Of a DNA stretch of 64,000 nucleotides, positions 53,149 through 64,000 are shown in pieces. Source of the DNA: Epiperipatus broadwayi (lineage: Eukaryota; Animalia; Onychophora). The stretch's first letter is position 1. Each line of letters starts with the position of its first letter. The translations under genes were made by a program, and so were the position numbers. A model generated the notes under the pieces. The model was not told the origin of the DNA. It saw only the letters and a program-made list of their open reading frames with translations, and did no database searches. The stretch covers positions 1,054,001 through 1,118,000 of the forward strand of contig JAQFVV010000005.1 of assembly GCA_028023455.1 (NCBI GenBank), given 5' to 3'.

Positions 53149-54308
53149 TAAGTTTATTTAATTGTTGCTATTTAAAATATAATTCATATAGTTTGGTAAA
53201 AGTTATTATATTCGTCATTTGATTATTAAGAATTTTCATCTTTTATGAGTGACATTTTTATATTTCCTAATTTTCCCAGTGCACAGGAATCTTTTTTCCC
53301 TGAACCACTACAGGTACTTAATCTGTACGTCTTCCATTTTTTATTAATTAATTTTTTAAAGACATATTTTGGAGCCTAAGAATAATTAAATGAAGAATAC
53401 TTCATTTTCCATATTTTATGTTAAATGTGCATGCTAACTGATACATAGGATAACAGTTTTGCAAATCTTCTTAAACATTCTTGGCTAGAAACATGTGATC
53501 ACGAATAAATGCTTAGTCATCTTTGATGACAACTTATAATTCTTCACAAAAATTATTAAAGCATCTTGTATTCAGGATTTATGGTAATGTTTTTTTTTTT
53601 TTGAATAGTGCTTATCATAAATTTGACCACATTACTAAAATAAATTTTCTCTAACTACTTATTTAATAGAAAATGTACTGAAATAAAATTATTTAAAAAA
53701 AAATTTATATAAATTTAGATCGTGTAGCAAGTTATTATGCTGATATTCAGAAAGTCGAAGGGTCACAGGTTGCCCATGATTTGGTGCATATTATTCGTTA
53801 AATACTATCTACTCCTTCCAAATGTGAATCTGTATGATATAACACATTGTCATAATTGAACTTAGGGAATGTTTATTAATTATAGTAGAATAGAATAAAG
53901 TCTATCAACTATTTCAAAGATAGAATTTCCAGTCAATTTCTGCCAATTCAGTGACTTATAAGAAACAACCCATTTTACCATGATATTGGTGCTGCACATT
54001 CTAGAATTTTTAATTGGTTATTGTGGAATTATTATGGGATAAAATTTGTGCCATTATATCTTAGTCATATAAATTTTGGTCATATGAATTTTTTATTGTC
54101 TGAGTAATGGATTAATATTTTGCCATATATAATTAACCTAATGATGTGAGTAATAACTTAAGAGATAAAAATAATTCAGTTGAGTCTTAACTGAAGAAAA
54201 TAACCAAATCATTTTGCTTATTCTATGATGGAGCTTTTATACTTTATCTTTGGTGTTAAAAGGTCATTTAATTTTCCAAGCAGATGATAATATGGTAGAT
54301 ATGTAATA

Positions 54309-54726
54309 TCGCATAATCACAATTTCTTATGCTTGCTCATAACTGTTATTAAAACAGGCAAAACTCTCCATGCAGTAGTGCCACTCAGTGCAAGCCAGAG
54401 TAATCAATGGATGCCAAAAGGCTTGTACATAAAATCCCTATCTAGAGCCTACTCATCCAATATCCCCAGACTAGTCAGTGAGGCTCACTGACTAAGGCCA
54501 CAAGCCAGAAACTAGTTTGGGGATATTGGATGAGTAGGCCCTAGATAGGGATTTTATGCACAAATCTTCTGGCTCCTTATTGATGAAGGCCACAAGCCAG
54601 ATACTAGTCTGGGGATATTGGATGATTAGGCACTAGATAGGGATTTTATGCACAAGTCTTCTGGTATCCATTGATTACTCTGGCTTGCATTGAGTGCCAT
54701 TACTGTATGGAGAGTTTTACCTGTTT
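54309..54726. mobile_element. foldback family A copy 5 with two tandem sense hammerhead motifs, 13-bp TSD
   Basis: Arms 54351-54475 / 54603-54727. Cores at 54488-54517 and 54580-54609. Flanked by tagatatgtaata (54296-54308) and tagatatataata (54727-54739). Confidence 0.9.
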
Positions 54727-55544
54727 TAGATATATAATACATGCTTATATCTATATATCACTATTTTCAGTCATTATTTAGCCATAGTTTTTCGTCCTAA
54801 TATTCCAGCAAACTTCATTGTCTCATTTATTTATTTCCCACATTATCTTTTTCTAGATTTTTTACGTCATTAGGATCCAATTTAACATTTTGGCTGCTTA
54901 TCTATTGTCATCACTTCTAGCAGGATTGTAATCTATTTCAAGCCTTTCATTTTTTCTACGTTACCTCTTTGTTTTTTCAATCATATGTTTTGTTTTTAAT
55001 CTCTTCTTGTCACTTCTAACACACATATCTCCATTGTTAGCTATAAAGTCCGTAAATTTTCCCTTTTAAACATATTGGGCTAATTTTCTTTCAACATTGT
55101 AATTTCTACCAAAAGCACCTCATTTAAGAGTAATTCTGGGATCAATTTTATTGATTATGTTTCAGTCTCAAATTAAGTCTGACTATAATATATGATGTTG
55201 TGAACTTCTTATACTCTGATATCAATCTTTATTTTCTTGTTTTGCAGTTATATAATTTAGTCATTCATCACAAAAATTTTAAGTTGTTATCATGTCTAGA
55301 TTATGAGTTAGTATACGAAATGTGTTGTTTGTACTAGAAGATAGGTTTCAGTGTTATATCCGCTGTAAATAGTCTTCAGTGTTCTCTCCACCTTTAATAA
55401 ATCTTACATTCTACTTGAAACGTTCTTGCAACTCATGACTTCATTGTCATGCACAGTTTGAATTATTTCAAATGTTTTATAAGCAGTTTTGTCCAATTTA
55501 AAACAAAACTTAATATTAGTATATTGTTCCATTATGGGATAAGG

Positions 55545-55890
55545 CAAGGGTCCCCAACCCTATGCCTGCGGGCGCCATGGCGCCCGCAGACTATTTTATG
55601 TGTGCCCACCGCTATTGGAACACAATAAAAAAATATTTATCTGATACAAATAAATGTAATTTTTAAATTTTTTTATAAATTTTGTATTATATTGTAATCA
55701 AATGTTAAAATTTTATTTTTGAAATAAATATTTTTTTGTACATTATGTGTATTATTAACAATATCCAACTATAAATTTACATTGAAAAAATAAATGGTGC
55801 TTGCCACCTCGTTGAAAAAATAAATGGTACCCGCCACCTGGCCAGTATTATAGAAGGTGCTCTTAAGTGCAAAAAGGTTGGGGACTGCTG
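55545..55890. mobile_element. hAT (Charlie-like) MITE
   Basis: TIR caagggtccccaacc / ggttggggactgctg with an 8-bp TSD ggataagg (55537-55544) / ggttaagg (55891-55898). Confidence 0.82.
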
Positions 55891-58800
55891 GGTTAAGGTA
55901 TAAAATACACTATCAAATTTCATGTTGTAACTCAGGTTCCAGATATGTTAATAGATTATAATTTTTGTGTTTGAGTAGCTAAACTATATTGCTTACATAA
56001 GATGTGTTGGTTCAGAGACGTTGCTGCAGATATCTAGGAGAGAGGACTAGTCATCTTTTCACCGGCACACACTGTATATGTACATGTATAAATAATTTTA
56101 TTTTTTAATTACAAATAACACACGAAAGATGGAAAGTCTGAATCGCATGAAAAATCTTTAATATATAACTTTTTTAAAGAAGAATGCAAAAACGATATAA
56201 GAAACCTTATTTTTTTGCTTTCAGTTATCTTTTTTTTTTTTTAAGAATTTAAAAGTACTTAATAAATAAGTTTGTAACTGCAATATTTTATACAATCTAT
56301 ATTAAATTTTAATTTTACCCTTTTCCCACTTGATGGCGCTTTTCATAAGTTATCATTTCGAGAAACAAAAAACTTGCCTTTTTTTTTCCGTATAATTTTC
56401 TATCAAAAATGAATAATGTATTAAGAGAATAAGAGTTTGGAGAAGAGGGGGTGTCAGAAGTATTTAAAATTAATTAGTCTGCACTTTCCAGTTTTAAAAA
56501 TTAATTTTTTTAATGATATTTTAACAATTCAAATTCAAATTGAATCTAAGTCTGACCTTTTTATACATTTAATTTTTAAAGAAAATTTTCTTTAGTTATT
56601 AATTTTAATAAAAATGTAGGATGTTAATTTTTTTTATAAATGTTATTATCAGAGGATGGCATAGCTTTGTAATAGTACTATTTATATTTGAATATAAGTA
56701 TACTTTATATACTTGTAGTTTAGATGAGATTATAGGAGATTTGAGTGCAGGCTTTTCAAGCTCCCTTCTGCTATACCCACTCTATCTCATACAACTAGTT
56801 TTGAATTATTAAATATGCTTTTGTCTTGAACTTAATCAGCAGTTTGTTGCATGATTTTCAGAATCACTTATTATTAATTCATGTTCATGGTTATATATTA
56901 TTAATCTTCAATCAGTCTTATATTTAGGTATTGCTTGAGTTTTGCAAATAGGATAAGGATGTTTTACATAGCTGTTTTTTATTATTTATTATTAATTAAT
57001 AGCTGAAGGGTAGAGATCTCAGAATAATCTGACATAATCAGGTAAGTGCTATTGTGCCAAACATAAAAAAGAAAAATATAACTAATAAATGGCAGGGTTG
57101 TGTGAGACATGTATCATGTACTTAGGGATTATGAGCTTATGGGTTTATTTGTTATTTTTTTTATTTAATGTATATATTTTTTGTATTCTTTGCTTGTAGT
57201 TTGTGTGATGTGAAATAAAATCTAAGTTATGTAAAGTTAGAGTTTTTTTTTCAACCTACAAATAGACTTACTATTTTTCTTTGAGGTAGCAACACATTAT
57301 CAACTCAATAGTAATTCAATAATTGATTGATAAATGAATATCTAGCTTTTCTTAACTAGAGTGTAAAATATTGGAAAAAAAGACTAACTTTCATCATGTG
57401 GAAGTTTCCTAATCTGATTAATAATGTTTTTCACTTTATTGTTCCTCTTTAAAGATTACTTACAGGTTTTTGCTATGAAGGGCTTTATGTGAAGATTGTT
57501 TCATTTACTCTTTTATCACACATTGATTGTAAACAATAATAATTATATCTTCATCGTTTTTTTTCAAGTGGTTACAATCATATGATGTTTGAGCTGTTCA
57601 TTCACTTGACAAAACGCATTTTTTTATTTCAACTAAATTTTTGCTCAGTTATCACTTTTAATCTTTTATCTGTAATCATTGTTAGTCTCATTCTAAGAAT
57701 TTTACTTGTTTAGTAGGATTAATGATATTTATAGAAAGACTAAGACAAAAGTAAAAGTGCTTTTAAGTTTTAAAGCAATGATTATTCATGGAAGTAATAA
57801 AAACAGTTGAGTAATAGTTAGAGGAAGTTATAAATATGCTATTTTTAAATAATTGGTTTGTTTTCTGAAGTTGAATACTATAACAAAGATATCATAATGT
57901 GAATTGCTTTTAAATTGGAAGAGGGAGGTGCTTATTTAATTTAAATGTTCTGTTTGGATTTTAACTTCCTATGTTTGAATTTGAATAAGAATGGAAGAGA
58001 TAAATTGGAAGGATAGGGGGAAGTGGGTGATATTGAACTATTGAAAAGAATAAATGAAAGAACTTACTTAATTAAGGAAATTATAAAAAGGGAGGGGAAC
58101 TGGATTGGACAGTTATTTAAAGATAGGAAGGTAGAAGACAATTAATGATATCAAGTCTAACAATAAGTGTTTAAAAATTAGAGCAAAAAACACAATGGGC
58201 TATTAGATTGGTGTTAAGCTTACCTTTTGGCCACTAACTAATGATTTATTATATATTTTCAATTTTAATGATTATTATATTTTTAATAGAGTTTTAAATG
58301 AGACTATTGCTGTCTTTGCCTTTCACAGTAGATGTTCAGAATTATGGAATAAATTGAACACAACCAAGGAGATAGTGATTGTACAACAATATATTCTTAC
58401 TTAGGAAGAAAATGTATTGCACACTGTTTATGTAGCAAACACCTATTGCTCCTCTGACATAGTTGAGAAATATTTAGACCTCTGATATACTTGACAAGAC
58501 CATATTGTAGCCAAAACATATATGAAATGGAAAATTGGCCTGTTTTTTTTTTTAGTAGGATAAATGCTAAAATTTGTTGTTGACTAATTATATATTTATA
58601 TGTCATATAATAAAATTCTTTAAATCCATTTATTTATTGCTTCTCTTGCAGAATAAATAATTTCATTGGTTTTAATAATTAATCTAAGTGAGCCATGATC
58701 ATGGTATTGTTAAAGCTTTCTGTGTCATCTGTCAACTTATTTTATATAAAGTGCTTTAGTATTATATATTCCAATGCATGTTTAGTTCATGGTATTTGTT

Positions 58801-60683
58801 AATTTATTACAGTACTTTCAATGTTAGTGATGAATCATACCTCTTTAATTTTCATTTTTTATAGTTGAGCTCAATGCAAAAGATTTTAATACTCTAAGGA
58901 TTAAAATATCTGCTCTCCATTCCAGTTATATTGAAGCAATGGACATACCTATACAATAAATCTAAGAAGAACTATATTCAATCATTATTTTTTTTGAAAT
59001 ATGAAAGAGAAAGCAATATTGTTTTGATCCGCTAAACACAACAGTAAAAAAATAAAAGAGGTGTAGTGTATCATGAATATTGAAAGTGATATGCAAATAA
59101 TATGCATCTGGCATGCTCTATAAAGGTTAGCATTAAAGCACTTATACATAAAATTATTTCCCTCATGATACAGAATTGTTCAGCATTGCTATGATTATGG
59201 TTAACGGCATTAAAAATGCATTAGGGTAATTATTAAAAGTACACCTGGGTATCGTTTTGTGCCATTTTATTCAACACAATTTATTATTGCATTCTATATT
59301 TAAACCTATATTACGAAGGGTGAGGATAATATAAGTTTTTAATATAATTTTATGCATTATATACATTGTCTTGTGCATGCCATGTGCATGATCTGAGTTT
59401 CAATTTGAATAGAAACATGGATTTTTTTTAGGTTGCACAGTCAACATATCTGTCTGACATTGGATAGTAATTGAATATCCTTAGTAGGGAAATAGACAAG
59501 TTGAAAATGATCTCCATTTGGATGGTTTTCTTTTTTTTTTCTATTGAGGTCTGCTAGAGAAACCTTCATTCTTCAGTTGGGCTATTTAAGTTTTAGATCA
59601 TTAGCTTTGATTTTAAGCCATTTAAAGTAAATGTAAACTCTAAACTGCTAGTAGATTTTTAACATTCCTATCGGTGAATTATTTTAGATCTTTATTATAA
59701 AGTGTATTGACCTTATTTTGATTGACTTATGGAATGTAAGCAATAAAAAGTTCTGCCCAAATTAACATTGAATGGTGAGAAATTATCTGTGGAAAACGAT
59801 TGCCCTGCCATCTAAAGGGAAGATAGATAATAGTTGTTCACAAAATGTTCATGAACTATTCATCTGTAATAAATGTTAAGACAATAGCACCATCTTTTTT
59901 TGATTGTAAAAGTCATTTTGTAAATCTAGAGTTAAATTATACATACACAAGATAGTATGAAACTGGATTTAATTACTGGTTTTGAGAACTTGTTGGCCAT
60001 ATCTATCTACCTATTCTGTGGTTACCTTTTATTCCACAACCCATGTTAATACACCATTAAGGAATATATGGTGGTCAATGTATATAGAGTTTATGTTTAT
60101 ATATTTACATGCATAATTACAAACACACAATTATTACCATCTCTAATGCAGTAACTGACTTGTGATTTATAGTTTCTATGAAAGGTATATTTTATTATAA
60201 TCGGATCGATTCACTGCAAAATGAATCTTCAAATTTTATCCAACATTTTCTCTACTCCACATTCATTACTCCAGAGAACTTATTTCATCTTATTCATTTT
60301 ACAAGTAGTCTTTTTTTAAAATGTCTTTTGCATCTCTTAGTATCCAATTTGTAACTTCAATAATCCTATTGTCATTTTTTGTAGAAAGGTGTCCATTGTA
60401 GCATTATTTCAGTCTCTTAATTTTTACTCATTCGTGCTAACATATGATAAGTTATTGCATTTTCTGAACTGTCATTTAGTAAAACTGTCACATCAAATGC
60501 AAAATCTAGATGAGTTAAAGAATCTTACTTAATTTTATTTCCTTATCCCCCCTTCCCCATTTTAATTCCAAAAATACTTCCAGTAAAATTGTGGCAAAAA
60601 AGTTTCACAGATATTGACTCACTTTGGATCATATAGCCATATTGGTAATAATTTTATTACCGTCATCATGTAATCTAATTATT

Positions 60684-61120
60684 AAGAGTGCCAAACTCCA
60701 TACAATAATACCACCAAGTGCAAGTCTTCATAATCAATGGATGCAGGAAGGTATGGGTATAAAATCCCTATCTGGTGCCTACTCATCCATCATGCTCGGA
60801 CTAGATTCTAACTTGTGGCTTTCATCAGTGAGGAGCCTTGGATTTGAGAGCACTGCACCTAGATCTTAAGATCTAATAATGCAACCCTCTAGCAGCCACC
60901 TTTTACTTATTTGGTTAATTATAAAGCTAGGAGCCCAAACTGAAAACACCATAATGTTTCCAATCCAAATTAAGTGGGCACTAGATAGGGATTTTATGCC
61001 CCCCTTCCTGCATCTTTTGATTATGAAGGCTTGCACTTGGTGGCACTATTACATAGATTGTTTGATATTCTTATTAACAGCATATATGAAATGGTGATCC
61101 ATGTGATACTTTGATGGTTT
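60684..61120. mobile_element. foldback family A copy 6 with antisense hammerhead, 13-bp TSD
   Basis: Minus core at 60799-60828 (CUGAUGA A AGC cacaa GUU A GAA UCUAGU C). Flanked by taatctaattatt (60671-60683) and taatttaattatt (61121-61133). Confidence 0.85.
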
Positions 61121-61446
61121 TAATTTAATTATTGCCATTGCATTTTGATTATTGTTCAAAATTTGACAATACCTTGAATCTATCTCTACGTTTAAAGTTG
61201 TAATCACAATTAGTGTGAAATGCATTTTCATAATCTACAAATCTAATGCAATGTGGCAACTCATAGTCATTGGTCTTTTTATAACTTCTCTAAAGCACTA
61301 TTAAAGGTAGCTTGTTTTTTTTTTTTTTATTAATTTGAGTGCAAAGTAATCTGTAGATGAGTTGATATTGATCTTAGTAAAAATCTTGCTTAGAATTGAT
61401 AGAAGACTAATAGAGCTGAAATTTCTAATATATTTTTTTAATCATT

Positions 61447-62460
61447 TTTGATGAGTAGTAAACATTTGAAGAACTAACTGTTCATGCATCTGATATGTAT
61501 ATACATAAATGTGAAAGTACTACTACATTTATGAAGAACATGCATATGCGTGTGTACATGAGATTATAAAATGTTTGTGTGTGTGTGTACAAATTGTGAT
61601 GTCTATATATATATATATGCTCATCATCATTGTCAAACATTATCAATTTATTGCAGAATTCCAGTTTCTCCAATCCATAGCCTATTTGCTCTATATCATA
61701 ATGACTAACTTTCTTGTTTTGTTTATCCATTTCATATATGGTCTATTTCTAGATCTTTAAAAACTCTTGGAATCCTCTTACAAGACTTTAACTTAATCCA
61801 GCCAGCCCAGACTCATTTCAGTCTCTTAATCCTTTTAATTAATAATGTCAGTGATAACTGTGTTTTCTCATCCAAGTATTTTGCTTTCAATCCTTTCTTG
61901 TTAATCCTAATATATGTTCCTGTACATCATTGAAATGGTCTGAATTGCTCCTTTTGTTACACTTTTAAAAACCTTCCCTTTTCAATATATAGGAACATAT
62001 ATTAGGATTAACAAAAAGGATTGAAAGCAAAATACTTGGATCAGAAAACAAACAGTTATCACGGACATTATTAGAAGGACTAAGAGACTGAAATAAATCT
62101 GGGCTGGATGGATGAATAGTTGAAATCTTAAAGGGGATTCCACCAGTTTGCAAAAGATCTAGAAATAGACCATATATGAAATGGATAAACAAAACAAGAA
62201 AGTTTGTCATTATGATATAGAGAAAATAGCTATGGATTGGAGAACTGGAATTCTGCAATAAATTGACAATATTTGAAAATGATGATGAGCATATATATAT
62301 ATATGTATAGACCTCACAAACACACACAAATAAACATTTTATAGTCTCATGTACACACGCATGTGCATGTTCTTCATGAATGGAGTAGTACTTTCACATT
62401 TATATATATATATGCTTATCAGAGCGATGAACAGTTCTTCACTGTTTAATACTCATCAAA
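61447..62460. repeat. ~1-kb inverted duplication containing an RTE 3' end and its flank
   Basis: About 61447-61930 is the reverse complement of about 61981-62460. The + arm encodes a decayed RTE C-terminus (IVEILKGIPPVCKRSRNRPYMKW) followed by a gatgatga tail and microsatellite flank. Confidence 0.9.
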
Positions 62461-62601
62461 TATAATACATCCACACATGTGTAGACATATTCTCATCATA
62501 ATATTTTTGGATACACCCAATATTTATATATAAACACATATTTAAGGATATATTTATAACCGTGTGTGGACACATAATTATAAAGATTCTGTTAACAATA
62601 G

Positions 62602-62721
<120 letters not shown>

Positions 62722-63875
62722 TGATATAAATTGGGGGATTCTGTAGTTAAATGGAAGAGTGTAGAAGTTATATATGTATAGCATATTTTTCATCACTTTC
62801 TAAAAAGAGCTTGAAAACTATTTGAATTAGTGTAAATGGATTTACAAATAGGATCAGCTAACAAATGCTGCTTGTTAGTGGGAAAATCGAATTAAGCTCT
62901 ATATAAGCTAATAAACTGGCTTTCTGCTGTCTGTTGCCAGATGTAATTTTGGTTTGCTTTTTCATTTGAAATATAATTGGACGTTGGTCTGATGATAAAC
63001 AAGGAAAAATTGCAGTTTCTAAGAAATCAATCTTCTTGTTCTGTCTGACCAACCTTATGCTGGTAAACATGGAACAAAATAATTAAAATGTATTGTGTGG
63101 GAAGTGGGGGGGGGGGGGACTTACATGAGTGAAAAAGTTTTTCATTTCTGCATCACCAATAGTTTATTTAAAGCTGTAAATCAATTTGTGTGTATGTGTC
63201 TATGCAAATGAATAAAGTAATTTCATTTATCTTCTTTCACAATCTGAAGGAAAAAAATGTTTATCAGCTCACATACACCCACACATTTATGAATATATTC
63301 GTTACACGCATATGTATACAGCGTATATATATATACGTATGACAAACATACTCAGATATATAAATCATTATATTGAAAATCTCTAATATGATATGAGCAC
63401 AGAAATGCCATTGTGAAATAAATTGAATGTTAAATAATAGATATTTAAATATTCTGAAGTTGATTACAAGTTAAAATCTGCTTTACTGTTTGACTCACTT
63501 GTAAACCTGTTTATATATATGTGTAGGCTGCAGAAAGGAGTTTGCTATTAACTGAAAGGAGACCCTTTGATTCCTCTTGGAGGCCTTAAAGGAACCGAGC
63601 AGGGCAAATTCCTAATGTCCACTCCATACGTTCTTGTCGTTGCAGCTGTTATTACTATGTGATTATTCATATAGTATACGAACATGGATGGGCTGCTCAC
63701 CAACACGCATTAGCCAGCATGATGAGTTTATTGGCTTTTTACCTCTTGAGTTTAAGATCAAAAAACACCATGGTCTTTCCTCTCAGTGCCTGATAAGGCA
63801 GAATGAATGTTTGTGTAAATGATAAATATTTTTCCAATACATATATACAATTATGACAGACAAAAATAAAGCATG

Positions 63876-63990
63876 GCCCTTATTCCCAGGAGGCAGTAAA
63901 GTCACCAACCAAGGCAGCGGTTGGTGGCCGAAGGCAGAGGGTGCTAAGAATCCCCTGATTGCGGACCCAGGCTGCCATTTGATGACGACT
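63876..63990. other. GC-rich segment with predicted hairpin and pseudoknot potential, identity unknown
   Basis: gtcaccaacc (63901-63910) pairs with ggttggtggc (63919-63928). Loop ggcagc (63913-63918) is complementary to gctgcc (63971-63976). Confidence 0.35.
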
Positions 63991-64000
63991 TTTTATATAA

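Noticed and set aside
63521-63830. AG|GCT acceptor-like site and moderately GC-rich segment as the next GAPDH exon or another gene
   Set aside because: The frame reads AAERSLLLTERRPFDSSWRP*, not the expected AxYDxIKxxVKxASEGPLKG. No frame on either strand gave a recognisable protein.
63876-63990. HDV-like ribozyme or 5S rRNA derivative
   Set aside because: It lacks the L3 consensus, the P1.1 GG and a P2 partner on either strand. The 5S similarity is limited to short patches.

Overview
Very AT-rich, repeat-dense animal (eukaryotic) genomic DNA; the species cannot be determined from the sequence. The only recognisable host gene is part of a GAPDH gene on the + strand: three small exons (15202-15258, 53053-53147, 62634-62712) with canonical GT-AG sites, separated by introns of 37,794 and 9,486 bp. 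The rest is intronic or flanking DNA containing decayed LINEs (RTE, L1/Tx1-like and others), hAT MITEs, an 18S rRNA 3' fragment and microsatellites. The most interesting signal is a set of short non-coding foldback elements from at least four unrelated sequence families. Several share asymmetric inverted arms and 13(+/-1)-bp target-site duplications. Two repeat families, plus one single locus, carry type I hammerhead-ribozyme motifs with a palindromic stem III (ACUAGU, AUACGUAU, AGCGCU). One family forms ~340-350 bp tandem monomers of the retrozyme type, and one motif has a U3-A8 core variant. This resembles non-autonomous Penelope-like/retrozyme elements; no autonomous partner ORF is visible in the window. 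All folds and alignments were done by eye, and ribozyme activity is untested.
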